The notes beneath the pieces were generated by a model. The model did no database searches. It worked only from the letters and a program-made list of their open reading frames with translations, and was not told the DNA's origin. A DNA stretch of 64,000 nt from an uncultured bacterium. GTDB taxonomy: Bacteria > Chloroflexota > UBA5177 > JANWHV01. Made by a program: the position numbers and the translations under genes. Shown piece after piece: positions 18,703 through 29,440 of the stretch (position 1 is the stretch's first letter; every line of letters starts with the position of its first letter). The stretch covers positions 960,001 through 1,024,000 of the forward strand of contig CAWHAE010000010.1 of the NCBI GenBank assembly GCA_963827235.1, read 5' to 3'.

Positions 18703-20442
18703 ATGCTCGTTCGCTTCCCCGCGTACGCTCCGTTGCTGATGGCCTGTACGGTCGTCATCGCGGCGTCGGCGGCGGTCGCCTTCGCGCGACGCGAGGAGAC
18801 GACCACGCCCTTCATCGCGCTCCTGCTGGGCATGGGATGGTGGCAGATCTGCCAGTTGTTCGAGCTGATCTTACCCAGCCGGAGCAGCCAGATCGCGTGG
18901 TCGGAGCTCGCCTACCTCGGCATTGCCACGGTTCCGGGCCTTTGGCTGATGTTCGCCCGATCCTACCGGGGCACCGCCAGAACGCTTCCACTCTGGACTC
19001 GCATCTGCTACTGGACTATTCCCGGTGTCACCATAGCGGTTGCCCTGGCCGGGAACTGGCACGGCGCCATGTGGAGCAGCATCACCGCAGCATCGAATTC
19101 GCCCGGCGCCGTGCTGCGTTTCGTCCACGGCGCATGGTGGTGGATCTTTGTCGTCTACAGTTATGGACTGATCGCGGCCGGTCTGATCACCCTCGTGCCA
19201 GCGATCGTCCGGCTGCCCCGCGTCTTCGGTGGACAGGTGGCCCTGCTCGTGGTCAGCGTGCTGTTCCCCTGGTCGATCAATTTGCTGGAAGCAGTCGGCA
19301 TCACTCTCGTGCCCAACCTGGACCTCACGCCGTTCGCTTTCTCCGTATCCGGCGCGGCATGGCTGCTGGCCATACTGCGTTTCCGCATGTTCGATCTCAT
19401 TCCCGTGGCACGAGAGACGCTTATCGACAATATGGTGGACGGCGTGCTCGTGCTCGACAGGCAGCAGCGCGTGATCGACAGCAACGCCGCGGCGCGGATC
19501 ATGATCGGCAAAGGTAGCAGGGAGCTCCACGGCAAGGACATGCAGGAGGCCGTGCCGGACTGGAGCGCCGTGCTGAGAGCGCTCGACGCGGAGGTTGCGC
19601 CCGTGCTTGAGGTGCGCGCGCCGGCGAATGCCGAGGTACTGCTGGAGGCCCGGCGAATCGCGTTACGCCGCACCCACGGGGTGACTGCAGGAGAGCTGAT
19701 CGTCCTGCGGGACGTGAGCGCTCGAGCCCACGTCGAGATGGAGCTACGCAACCTGAATCGCGAGCTCCAGCGCCAAGCCCAGGAGAACGAACTGCTGCAG
19801 GCCAGGCTGCGAGACCAGACACTGCGCGACGCGCTCACCGGACTGTACAATCGCCGCGTGCTCAACGACGACCTGCCTCAGGAGCTGGCCTGTGCCATGC
19901 GCGTGCAGCAGCCGGTAGCGCTGGTGATGATCGATCTCGACCATTTCAAGATGCTGAACGACCGCTTTGGACACCTGATGGGTGATGAAGTGCTGCACAT
20001 GGTCGGAGCGCTGCTCAGCAACCAGGTGCGACAGGGCGATACGTGCTGCCGATACGGCGGCGAAGAGTTCATGGTGGTATTGCCAGGAGTGAGTGCAGCC
20101 GCCGCGATCGCTCGAGTCGACCTGTGGAGGCAGCTGCTGGCGGACATGCCGGTCGTGTGGCAGGACGACGTCATCCGCGTAACCTTCTCCGCGGGGATCG
20201 CGCACGCACCAGACGACGGCGAGACGCTCGAGGCGCTGACTCGCGCGGCGGACGAGGCGCTGTATGCCGCCAAGCGTACCGGCCGCAACCGCGTCGTGCG
20301 CTGGACGGAGGACCTGGCGGCGCCGGACAGAGCTGGTAGTGGGGCTTCCCAGGCCGTCCGCCCGCCGAGGCGCCACCTCGAGATAGAGCGGTTTCGGGAC
20401 GGGCTGAGCGAGAGCGACGGCCTCAACCCAAGCGTGCTCTAG
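18703..20442 (+). CDS. Diguanylate cyclase (HisKA_7TM-PAS-GGDEF)
   Basis: 7TM N-terminus ending DLTPFAF...FDLIPVAR, PAS, DALTGLYNRR, DLDHFK, I-site RQGD and RYGGEEF. Confidence 0.93.
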   Translation: MLVRFPAYAPLLMACTVVIAASAAVAFARREETTTPFIALLLGMGWWQICQLFELILPSRSSQIAWSELAYLGIATVPGLWLMFARSYRGTARTLPLWTRICYWTIPGVTIAVALAGNWHGAMWSSITAASNSPGAVLRFVHGAWWWIFVVYSYGLIAAGLITLVPAIVRLPRVFGGQVALLVVSVLFPWSINLLEAVGITLVPNLDLTPFAFSVSGAAWLLAILRFRMFDLIPVARETLIDNMVDGVLVLDRQQRVIDSNAAARIMIGKGSRELHGKDMQEAVPDWSAVLRALDAEVAPVLEVRAPANAEVLLEARRIALRRTHGVTAGELIVLRDVSARAHVEMELRNLNRELQRQAQENELLQARLRDQTLRDALTGLYNRRVLNDDLPQELACAMRVQQPVALVMIDLDHFKMLNDRFGHLMGDEVLHMVGALLSNQVRQGDTCCRYGGEEFMVVLPGVSAAAAIARVDLWRQLLADMPVVWQDDVIRVTFSAGIAHAPDDGETLEALTRAADEALYAAKRTGRNRVVRWTEDLAAPDRAGSGASQAVRPPRRHLEIERFRDGLSESDGLNPSVL

Positions 20443-20495
20443 GGGACAGGAGTCGCCAAACAGCCCGGCCGAGGCCGCTGCACTCTCCCGGCCGT

Positions 20496-20894
20496 TCACG
20501 CGCCAGGTAGGTGGGCAATTGCCTGCTTCGCGCCGGCGATCATGCCTGCAAGGTCCAGCCCCTGCCAGTCGGGGGCGCAGCCGCCAAGCCGGCCGAGAGC
20601 GCGGCGCAGCAGGACACCGGCGCCGTGCGGGTTGCCTCGCTGCAGGTGGACATAGCCGGCCGCAAGCTGAGCCAGACCTTTGAATCCCACCGCATCGGGT
20701 GAGTCTCCCGACTGCTTCCAGCAGGTTTCCCATGCTTCGTGGGCGGCAAAGTACTGTGCGCCGGCGAAATAGAGCATGGCCAGCCGGTTGTTCTCGGCAA
20801 AGCTCAAGCGGTCGAAGTCCGGTAACGGGAGCCGGTCAGGCTCATGACGCGGTAGCGGGCGACCCAGCTCATCGCGCGGTCGACGACTCCCCAT
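20496..20894 (-). CDS. DUF309 family protein
   Basis: RPRDELGRPLP, YFAAHEAWETCW and GLAQLAAGYVHLQRGNPHGA. Confidence 0.85.
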   Translation of the reverse strand: MGSRRPRDELGRPLPRHEPDRLPLPDFDRLSFAENNRLAMLYFAGAQYFAAHEAWETCWKQSGDSPDAVGFKGLAQLAAGYVHLQRGNPHGAGVLLRRALGRLGGCAPDWQGLDLAGMIAGAKQAIAHLPGA

Positions 20895-20977
20895 AGCTGC
20901 CATCTCCGTGGAGTGCCCGCGCACGCGGCCAGACCCAGTCCACCGTTTCCAGTGTACGGGAGGGGCCCGCACAGCAC

Positions 20978-23149
20978 CTAACGTGCCCGTGGCGAGCCTT
21001 GTTGACGCGACACGACCGCTTCGGTGAACGGCTCGTCGGGGCGTGGACGAAGGAGCCAGCCAAGCCGCCGCGGAAGCCACCAGTTCCACGAGCCGAATAG
21101 CGCTACGAGGGCCGGCACGAGCAGCATGCGTATTACCGTGGCGTCGACGAAAATGCCCGCGGCCAGTCCGGTAGCGAAGGTCTTTACCATCACGATGGGC
21201 GCTGTCGAGAGCGAGGCAAAAGCGATAAAGAGGATCAGGGCGGCACTCGTGACCAGACGTCCCGTCCCAGCCATCCCGCGCACGACCGCATCCGTCGTCG
21301 AGCCGGAGGTCTCATATTCTTCGCGTATGCGGCTGATCAGAAACACTTCGTAGTCCATCGAAATGCCGAAGAGAAAAGCGAACACGAGTAAAGGGATAAA
21401 CGCGTCCAGGGCTCCGCTCGCGGGGAAGCCCCAGAGCTGCCGGGAGCCGTTGCCATCCTGCCAGACGAAGGTCATCATGCCCCAGGCCGCAGCTACCGAG
21501 ACCGCCGCCAGCGCCATCGCCTTGACGGCGAGCACGAGCGACCGGAAGGCGCGACTGAGCAGTACCAGCGTGATCGCGGCGAGCAATCCAGCTATGACTG
21601 GGAAGCGGCCGTAGGCGGCAGAGACGAAGTCCGCATTCAGCGCCGTGACACCGCCGACGCGCGCGCTCCCGCCCATTGCGCCGGCAAGCCTGCGGACATT
21701 TGCCAGCGAGTCTCTGCCCTGGGCCGACGCACCATCCGCAGCGGGCAGCACTTCGCCAAGCGAGGTTGCTCCGCTATGCCAATCCGCCTGTGCCGGTGCG
21801 ACTGCACCGCGCACATCGGCCACGTGAGCCAGCCTGTCGATCGCGGAGGCGGCCGACGACCCGTCGACGAGCACTTCAAACGGCGTGAGGACGCCGGGTC
21901 CGATGCCGGAGCGGTCCAGTGCCTGCAGACCGGCGTAGGCGTCACCAGACTTCGCCAGTGCACCGGCCTCCGGCGAGCCCAGCGTGATCGAGAAGGCTGG
22001 AACGGCAAGCAGTGCAAGGATCAGCAAAGCCGTCACGGCCGCCGGCCATCGCCAGCGCACGACAGCCCCCGCCCATGTCCCCCAGAATGGGCTCGGACGG
22101 ATGGCCCTGCGCGAGCGCGGCCAATCCAGGCGAGGTCCGATCGTGGACAGCACCACCGGCAGCAGCGTGGCCACGACCAGCACCGCTATCGACGGCACCA
22201 ACAGGCCGCCGACGCCCATGCTGCGAAGGAACGGTATCGGTTGGACAACCAGCGCTAGCATGCCAATCGCGACGGTAGTGCCTGAGAACGCCACGGCGCG
22301 GCCGGCAGTCTCCATTGCCCGCAGCACGGCCTGAGTGTTCTCCAGGCCTCGGGCTCGCTCCTCGCGCCAGCGCATCACAACCAGCAGCGAGTAATCGATC
22401 GCAATGCCCAAGCCGACCAGAGCGGCGATGTACTGCACGATGAAGGACACATCCGTCACGCGCGTGAGTACCCAGACCAGCAGGAATGTAGTGAGAATGG
22501 CGAGCACGGCCATTGCGATAGGCACCACGGCCAGCAGCGAGCCAAAGACGAGCGCCAGCACGACCAGCGCCGCCAGGATACCGATCATCGTCATTGCCAT
22601 GGCCGACATGCCGCCCCCGGCGCCGGTTGTCTGCAGCAGATTGGTGCCGGTGAGATGAAAGCGGGCGCCCGCGATGGTGACAGGAGCCAGCGCAGCCTGG
22701 ACGGCTTGCTCCTGCGCCGTGGCCTGCATTTGCATGCCGGCGCTGTTCTTGTCCTGGGGCAGAAACAGGAGGCCGAAAGTCGTGCGGCCGTCCGCGGAAA
22801 CGAACAGCCGGCTACCGGTAGAGGCGTAGGACACGACGCGCATGCCGGGCACCGCCCGCCGAACGCGCGCCATGGCCATGGCCAGCTGATCGCGGACGCT
22901 TGCCTTGTCGACGGTCATGCCCGCGGGCAAGGTGATGACCGGTACCGCCGGCGCCTCGGACGCCCCGTTTCCATACAACGCCAGGATTGCCTGGTTGGCA
23001 TCGTAACCAGACTGGCCGGGCAGAGCGATCGACGTGGTCAACGCATCCGTGGCCGGCTGCGCGGCGAAAACACCGACGAGAGTGACGACCAGCCAGCCGA
23101 TGACGACCAGTCGCTTGTGGTTGAGTGTCCAGAGCGCCAGGCGGTACAC
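20978..23149 (-). CDS. MMPL (RND-superfamily) transporter
   Basis: GLGIAIDYSLL..RWREE, TAGRAVAFSG, FGISMDYEVFLISRIRE and DATVIRMLLVPA. Confidence 0.95.
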   Translation of the reverse strand: MYRLALWTLNHKRLVVIGWLVVTLVGVFAAQPATDALTTSIALPGQSGYDANQAILALYGNGASEAPAVPVITLPAGMTVDKASVRDQLAMAMARVRRAVPGMRVVSYASTGSRLFVSADGRTTFGLLFLPQDKNSAGMQMQATAQEQAVQAALAPVTIAGARFHLTGTNLLQTTGAGGGMSAMAMTMIGILAALVVLALVFGSLLAVVPIAMAVLAILTTFLLVWVLTRVTDVSFIVQYIAALVGLGIAIDYSLLVVMRWREERARGLENTQAVLRAMETAGRAVAFSGTTVAIGMLALVVQPIPFLRSMGVGGLLVPSIAVLVVATLLPVVLSTIGPRLDWPRSRRAIRPSPFWGTWAGAVVRWRWPAAVTALLILALLAVPAFSITLGSPEAGALAKSGDAYAGLQALDRSGIGPGVLTPFEVLVDGSSAASAIDRLAHVADVRGAVAPAQADWHSGATSLGEVLPAADGASAQGRDSLANVRRLAGAMGGSARVGGVTALNADFVSAAYGRFPVIAGLLAAITLVLLSRAFRSLVLAVKAMALAAVSVAAAWGMMTFVWQDGNGSRQLWGFPASGALDAFIPLLVFAFLFGISMDYEVFLISRIREEYETSGSTTDAVVRGMAGTGRLVTSAALILFIAFASLSTAPIVMVKTFATGLAAGIFVDATVIRMLLVPALVALFGSWNWWLPRRLGWLLRPRPDEPFTEAVVSRQQGSPRAR

Positions 23150-23182
23150 TGAGTCTTTCCTCCCGAACAAAGTGGTCGATAG

Positions 23183-23197
23183 TGAACATCATGTTCT
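23183..23197. promoter_or_regulatory. Putative TetR operator upstream of MMPL
   Basis: TGAACA-TCA-TGTTCT, matching the palindrome at 24376-24390. Confidence 0.6.
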
Positions 23198-23661
23198 ATT
23201 TCACACTGGCATGCCGGCGGCCGCCGGTCAACAAGCAAAACAGCGCTGTTCGTCCGATATGGGACATAGGACCAGCATTTGTCTGGAATCCAGCCAGGCC
23301 CGTGCATGGCTCACGCCGAGCCGCCGGCAGCGAGCCCGCGCAGTCGATTTGTGGCCGGTAGGGTCAGGGCGGAGCGAGAGTGCGTGGCCGACCTGCAGCG
23401 TGCCCGGACCCTCTACGGCACTGGTGGCTGCTTTGCGGGGACGTTGCCCGCCCCACTGGCGTCGCGTGAGAGGCAGGTATCAAGGGACCGGAGCACGGTG
23501 CTGGCGATTCAGCCGCAGACCCGATCACGACGTGCGGGCTCAGATCCGGTCGACGGTCCCGGTCAAGGCATGGTTTCTTGAATGCACGTGATGCGGCGTG
23601 CCCGGCCTTCGCCCCTGCGACGGGATATCGACGGCCGCGGGTGCCGCAGGGCGACGGTCGA

Positions 23662-24260
23662 TCAGCGATTCACGAGCGCGGCCATGATGCCCGGCACTGC
23701 CATCTGGCGAAACTGGCGGTCCAGATCCTCCGCGGAGCCCGGCGTGTCGTCGTCCAGCCACCATCCGACCAGGGCCTGCAGCGCGCCCACGGTGAACTGC
23801 ACGACGGTCTCGATCTGCCTGGGGGTGATGCCCGGCCGATGGGGAAGCTGTGCTACGTCGTCGCGTACCAGCCCGGCGAGAAACGCCTGCATGTGCCTGA
23901 GTGCCAGGTGGCTGCCTTTCGCGGAGCCCAGAGCCGTCCGGAGCTGCTTGAAGTCCTGCACGTGTCGCAGGAACGGCAGGATGAAGCCAAGAAGCTGCTC
24001 GTCACTCGCATGCGCGTTAGCGCGGGCGAGGCGCTGCTGCTCGGCCAGAAACTCTCGAAGCTCATCAAACCCGCTCAGCAGCAGGTCGTCCTTGTCGAGA
24101 AAGTGCGCATAGAACGTCGATCTCCCGACGTCTGCCTCGTCGATGATGTCCTGCACAGTCACGTTCTCGTAGCCCTTGCGGGCCATAACGGCAAGCAATG
24201 CGTTCTGCAACAGCGTGCGAGTGCGGCGCACGCGCCGGTCGTTGCTGGCAGCTATTGGCC
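23662..24260 (-). CDS. TetR/AcrR-family regulator (start uncertain)
   Basis: DRRVRRTRTLL...VTVQDIIDEADVGRSTFYAHF. The upstream ATG at 24263 is out of frame by one base. Confidence 0.92.
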
Positions 24261-24375
24261 CATACCTCCGCCGATCGGATCGGCACTCCAGACGGCATCC
24301 TGCAAGCTATGTCGTAGTGGACATTCGCGGGCCGGAGTTCCCGAGCGGCACCCTCACCGGAAGTCTACGTCATGC

Positions 24376-24390
24376 TGAACAGAGTGTTCA
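24376..24390. promoter_or_regulatory. Putative TetR autoregulatory operator
   Basis: Perfect inverted repeat TGAACA-GAG-TGTTCA upstream of tetR. Confidence 0.6.
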
Positions 24391-24432
24391 ATAGGCGACG
24401 TGACATCCGCTAAACACACATGTGTGTAGCGT

Positions 24433-24618
24433 GAGGAGTGCGTGCTCGTCGGCACCGACTACCAGCGCGTCGAGGTCTATCGCCGCACGGCCGACGGGTG
24501 GGGACTGTTCCGTTTCTGCGGGCCTGAAGAAGACGTGGAGCTTACCAGTATCGGCGTTTGCCTTGCCACAGCTGGTCTCTACCGCCGCACAGACGTGCCG
24601 GAGACGCCCGCGGAGTAG
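24433..24618 (+). pseudogene. C-terminal remnant of a Uma2/DUF820 endonuclease-family gene
   Basis: EECVLVGTDYQRVEVYRRTADGWGLF...DVELTSIGVCL..LY matches the Uma2 C-terminal pattern. No N-terminus. Confidence 0.65.
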
Positions 24619-24635
24619 TGCACGGCAGGGGCAGA

Positions 24636-27110
24636 CTACGCATCCGGGGTACCGGCTTGAGCCTGAGCCGGGGCGACTCTCAGCCGCAGCCGGAAGGTAC
24701 TGCCTTGCGGCCCGGTCGTTTCCAGGTCCAGATCGCCGCCCATCTGATTGGCCAGCCGTCGACTCAGATGCAGCCCCAGCCCGGTGCCCACCCGCCCGGC
24801 CCGCGTGCGGCTTCCCACGACTCGACTGAAACGCGCGAAGAGTCGCTCGCGGCCCTCCTCCGGCACACCCGGACCGTAGTCCCGCACCCGCACCACGGCC
24901 ATCCCGTTCTCAACGCTACTGACGACGACCACCGGGCATCCTACGGGTGAGTACTTGGCGGCATTGTCCAGCAAGTTGACGAGCACTCGTATCGCCCCGC
25001 CGGGATCGGCCAGTACCTGGACGGCGCAACACTCGTCGAACTCGATGCGCTGACCCTGGTAGATGCCCTGCACCTCGTCCCTCGCTTGGCGCAGCAGCTC
25101 GTTCACCCCGACGGCCATCGGACGAGGCGCCAACTCTCGTTGCTCCAGGCTACTGAGCAAGAGCAGATCTTCCACGAGCCGCCGTTGCCGGTTCGCGGCC
25201 CGGACAATCCTGCGAACGTGCTCGAGCTTGCTCGGATCCTCGAGGTGTTGCCAGCGTGCCTCGAGAATCTCGGCATAGCCGAGTACAGCGGTAAGCGGCG
25301 TCCGCAGCTCGTGGCTGACCGAGGCCACGAAGTCATCCTTCAGGCGTGCCAACTCCTCGGCAGCGCGCGCGCGCCGCTGCTCCAGCTGATACAAATGGAC
25401 GTTTCGCAGCGCCTGCGTCACGCGTTCGCCGAGCGCAACGGCCCGAGCGAGGTGCTGCCCGGAGTAGAAGTTGGGCGTGAAGCTGTCCACGTTGAACGTG
25501 CCGACCACCGTGCCGTCCAGCACCAACGGCACCAGGATCGAGCTCCGGATGGCGAACTGGCCCACCAGCGGCGGCACGTCGATCCAGTGAATCGCGGCGG
25601 TATCGGCAACCAGGGCCGGCCGGCCACTCAAGCCGTAGGCCATCACGGACTCGATTGCCTCTACCGGGAAGGCACGCGTCCCGTCCGGCTGCAAGGCCAC
25701 TCCTCGGCTGGCCGCGACCGTGGCCCAGCCATCCTCGTAGAGCAGAACACAGCTGTGGTCGCAGCGCAAGATCCGTTCGGCCTGCTCGAGGATCACGTCA
25801 TAGAGCCGGCTCGGCTCGAGCGTGCCGGCGAGGGCGCTGCCGACCGCGCTCATGGCCTCCGCTTCCTCGACCTGCTGCTGGCGCAGCCGGGCCAGCTCTT
25901 CTGCAGCGGCTCGGGCCTGCACCACGGCTGTGATGTCCCTGGCAATGACCGAGACGCCGATAACTGTGCCGTCGTCGTTTCGGATCGGTGAAGCGGTAAG
26001 CGCGACATGAACCAGACTGCCATCCTTGCGCAGGCGGATGGTCTCGTAATGGACGAGATGCTCGCCGCACGTTGCCCGCTGCACCATGCTCGATGCTTCA
26101 GCAGCGTACTCGAGCGACGCGAGCACAGCGTACGGCCTGCCGACGATCTCATCGGCACTGTAGCCATATACGTGCGCCGCGCCGGGATTCCAACTCTCGA
26201 TCCTGCCGCTCACGTCGATGCTGAAGATGGCGTCGTCCGACGCTTCCACCGTCGCCGCCAGCCGGGCCAACTTTCGCGCCCATTCGCGTTCCCGCTCACG
26301 CGTTGCTGCGGTCTCGGCCGCCTGCATGACCATACGCCCGGCAAGCCGGAGCAACGCCGTCTCGCCACTAGGCACATGTCGCGCATGGGGATGGAAGGTG
26401 CACAACGCGCCGTAGAGGCGGCCGTCGGTCCAACTAATCGGGACCACGGTGACCGCGCCGGCGCGCCAGTCGGAGCTTACGGCATTGGCCGCAAATCGGA
26501 CATCCGCGCGTACATCTTCGACGATCAGGACCGGCGTGTTCGAGTCGTCCAGGCCCTGCTCGTAGACGGCACTACACGGCACCGGGTCTCCCGCGCGCAG
26601 GCCCATGCCGACACGGTCGTAGAGCTGTTCGATCTGCAGCCTGCCGTCCACGACGCGGGCCAGGCAGGTGGCGCCGACTCGGAGGCTATCGGCTACCAGC
26701 GTAAGGATATTTGTCGTATCTTCCTGCGCGTTGTTCTGCCCACCGGTGCTCAGGAGTGACAGCTGCTCCAACCCGGAGACAACCGGCGGGCGCGAGCTTG
26801 CGTCCCGGGAAGCTGCGGCCGGCAGAGGGATTGCTGGAATGGGCTGGCCGTGTCCGGCGCTTGCCCCCGGTGCACTCTTGCCCAGGACCGCCTCGTCTCG
26901 AGCCGACGCCTCCGCCGATGCCCGCATCCGCTCCCTGAGTCGCAGGTGTTGTGCATACTGCTCTACGTCCGGCGGAATGAAGCGCGATGCGCCACCCGGC
27001 ATCTTGCAGGCGGCATGCAGGGTACCGGATTCGACGGCGCGCAGCACCGTGCGCTTGGAGACCCCAAGCAGCCCTGCAACCTGCCCGCTGGTGAGATACC
27101 CAGGGCCCAT
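24636..27110 (-). CDS. Cytoplasmic sensor histidine kinase: HTH_17(Xis/BldC-like)-GAF-PAS-GAF-HisKA-HATPase
   Basis: YLTSGQVAGLLGVSKRTVLR...PGGASRF, YGALC, PAS (DDAIFS..WNPGA..RKDG), SHELRTPL, NLLDNAAKYS and GTGLGL. Start chosen by comparison with the paralog. Confidence 0.88.
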   Translation of the reverse strand: MGPGYLTSGQVAGLLGVSKRTVLRAVESGTLHAACKMPGGASRFIPPDVEQYAQHLRLRERMRASAEASARDEAVLGKSAPGASAGHGQPIPAIPLPAAASRDASSRPPVVSGLEQLSLLSTGGQNNAQEDTTNILTLVADSLRVGATCLARVVDGRLQIEQLYDRVGMGLRAGDPVPCSAVYEQGLDDSNTPVLIVEDVRADVRFAANAVSSDWRAGAVTVVPISWTDGRLYGALCTFHPHARHVPSGETALLRLAGRMVMQAAETAATREREREWARKLARLAATVEASDDAIFSIDVSGRIESWNPGAAHVYGYSADEIVGRPYAVLASLEYAAEASSMVQRATCGEHLVHYETIRLRKDGSLVHVALTASPIRNDDGTVIGVSVIARDITAVVQARAAAEELARLRQQQVEEAEAMSAVGSALAGTLEPSRLYDVILEQAERILRCDHSCVLLYEDGWATVAASRGVALQPDGTRAFPVEAIESVMAYGLSGRPALVADTAAIHWIDVPPLVGQFAIRSSILVPLVLDGTVVGTFNVDSFTPNFYSGQHLARAVALGERVTQALRNVHLYQLEQRRARAAEELARLKDDFVASVSHELRTPLTAVLGYAEILEARWQHLEDPSKLEHVRRIVRAANRQRRLVEDLLLLSSLEQRELAPRPMAVGVNELLRQARDEVQGIYQGQRIEFDECCAVQVLADPGGAIRVLVNLLDNAAKYSPVGCPVVVVSSVENGMAVVRVRDYGPGVPEEGRERLFARFSRVVGSRTRAGRVGTGLGLHLSRRLANQMGGDLDLETTGPQGSTFRLRLRVAPAQAQAGTPDA

Positions 27111-27512
27111 GCCGTCCCTCAGACCCTCTAGCTCGTGATGCATATTGCCCGCATCGATCATCTTCGCCGATGCTACCGTGCGCTCCCCGAGCGTGACAAT
27201 CACCCGGATGGTGATCTCTCCACTGGCACGATTCTGGCACGATCCCTCCCCTGTCCGTGCCCCTACTATCCGGTGACTCTTCTTCTCTGGGGTTCTGCCG
27301 ATAGAAAGGGTGTATGAAAACGTGCCAACGCGGCCAACATGGCTCGCATCGCCTGCCGGGCGCCGATCGTGGCGAGGCATCGGATCGGCTACCGGGCGGC
27401 GATGCAGCGCGAGACAGGAGTGGTATCTGCGGCCAGCGTTCACGTCCTTCTGATCCGGTGCTCGTGCACCTCTGTGCGTATAAACCTCGTGTGGCGACAT
27501 AGGAGTGAGCCG

Positions 27513-29087
27513 ATGACATGGTTTAGAAACTGGCGGATGACATCCAAGCTGAGCAGTGGCTCTGTGCTGATATGCCTAGCAGGCTTCGCCGCGGGGCGAG
27601 CCGGCTACGCCGCGCTTGCGCCGGTGGCGATTGTTGCGCTGGTACTTGGCTGGGCTCTCGCACGCTCATATGCTCGACCACTGGGGGAGCTCAAAGAAGC
27701 AACCAGCATGGTCATGAAAGACGCGATGCCTGTACTTCTCGACGGCATCACCGCACTCTCCCAAGACGATCTGACGCGCGCCTATCACATCGGCATGCTC
27801 AAGGAGCCAACGCTCACCTACGTGGGCACCGATGAGCTAGGGCAGGCTACCCAAGCCGTGCGGCTGACCATCGGGCAGATCGGTGCCTGCCTCCGGGGCT
27901 ATGAACAAGCTCGCATCGCGCTCGAGCGGATCGTGCATCACGTGAGAAACTCCTCCGAGCAAGTCGACCATGGCGCAAATGAGCTGGCGCAGGCCACCCA
28001 GCAGATCGGGCAGGCGAGCACGCAGATCGCGCGCGCAATAGAGGACGTCGCTCGCGGTGCGTCGGAACAGAGCAAAGGCGTGACCGAGATGTCGCAGATG
28101 GTCAGCGAGCTGGACGCCGCCGTGCGACAGGTAGCCGAGGACGCGGCGCAACAGGCGGCGACCGCTGGACCACTCTCGGTCGCTCTGCAGGGCATGAGCG
28201 CGGCGCTGGTTGGTGCGAACGAGAGTCTCGGCACGGTGACCCAGGCCGCCACACAGGCCTCGCAGACCGCCCAGGATGGGGGCCAGGTGATCGACCAGAC
28301 GGTCACGAGCATCGGCGCGGTGCGCAACGCCATGCAGCAGAGTGCCGAACAGGTGGAAGCGTTGGGGCAGCGCAGCGCGGAGATCGGCCAGATTGTCGAG
28401 GCGATCGACGACATCGCCGCGCAGACGAACCTGCTCGCGCTCAACGCGGCGATCGAGGCAGCGCGGGCCGGCGAGCACGGGAAGGGCTTCACGGTCGTGG
28501 CGGCCGAGGTGCGCAAGCTGGCCGAGCGGTCGTCGAACGAGACCAAGGAGATTGCCGGCCACATTCGCTCCATCCAGCAGCAGGTTGGCGAAGTGGTGGC
28601 GGCCATGCACGCGGCAAGTGCCGCGGTCACCGAGACGGCACAGCTGGGCGAGCAGACGAAAGACACGCTGCAAAACATCGTCAAAGTTGTCGACGGGACC
28701 AGGAGCCAGGTCCAGAGCATCAGCGCGGTGACTGAGGAAATGGGGCGGCAGGTCGGTGCCGTCAACGAGATGGCGCTGAAACGCAACCAGATCGCCGAAG
28801 CCACCAGACTGGCCACAGAGGTGATGGCGGCCCGCTGCGATCATTTGAGCCACAGCATCGAGAGCATGGCAGCGGTGAGCGAGGAGAGTGCGGCGAGTGC
28901 CGAAGAGGTGAGCGCCTCCACGCAAGAGCAGACGGCCGGAGTGGAACAGATGAGCGCGGGTGCCCAGGAGCTGGCGGCACTGGCCCAGGGACTCGAAGAT
29001 CTGGTAGAGCACTTCACCGTGGACGGGGCCAGCGCGACGCCGGAAGCGGCGGCCACGCAGCGCGCTCACCCAGCTCGTGTGGCCTGA
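27513..29087 (+). CDS. Methyl-accepting chemotaxis protein without an extracytoplasmic sensor domain
   Basis: AGGAG RBS. HAMP (DELGQ) and hairpin tip [38 protein letters not shown]. Confidence 0.93.
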   Translation: MTWFRNWRMTSKLSSGSVLICLAGFAAGRAGYAALAPVAIVALVLGWALARSYARPLGELKEATSMVMKDAMPVLLDGITALSQDDLTRAYHIGMLKEPTLTYVGTDELGQATQAVRLTIGQIGACLRGYEQARIALERIVHHVRNSSEQVDHGANELAQATQQIGQASTQIARAIEDVARGASEQSKGVTEMSQMVSELDAAVRQVAEDAAQQAATAGPLSVALQGMSAALVGANESLGTVTQAATQASQTAQDGGQVIDQTVTSIGAVRNAMQQSAEQVEALGQRSAEIGQIVEAIDDIAAQTNLLALNAAIEAARAGEHGKGFTVVAAEVRKLAERSSNETKEIAGHIRSIQQQVGEVVAAMHAASAAVTETAQLGEQTKDTLQNIVKVVDGTRSQVQSISAVTEEMGRQVGAVNEMALKRNQIAEATRLATEVMAARCDHLSHSIESMAAVSEESAASAEEVSASTQEQTAGVEQMSAGAQELAALAQGLEDLVEHFTVDGASATPEAAATQRAHPARVA

Positions 29088-29276
29088 CGGCGGTCGCTTT
29101 GACTATCACATTTGCTTCCCGCCCGCGATCTCGCCAACAGCCTGACCGCAGTATAGGTCCTCGCCTACGCACGACCTATGGGACATGCCGGTATTCGTGC
29201 GAGTCCGCATATCCCCGCTGACGAGCGTCCTCAGCCGTGGCACAATGTGGCTACGCCCGATGTGAGGCCAGGCTGT

Positions 29277-29315
29277 GCGCCCCGAGCCGATATGTCAATT
29301 CACGGCTCGGGGCGC
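29277..29315. terminator. 13-bp perfect inverted repeat between convergent genes
   Basis: GCGCCCCGAGCCG-13 nt-CGGCTCGGGGCGC. Confidence 0.5.
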
Positions 29316-29440
29316 TGCGCATTTGTTGGAGCCGGGCCGAAGCGGACAGCAAGACCACCGGGATGCCGTGGGCGGCGAGAGGAACCAGGTGGTCACGGGG
29401 TCGAGTCATTGCGCCAGGCTTCGAAGCTGCGTGCCTGGAT

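Noticed and set aside
27297-27304. GCCGATAG as a sigma-28 -10 box upstream of the MCP
   Set aside because: No TAAA -35 element at the right spacing, and GCCGAT is frequent in high-GC DNA.
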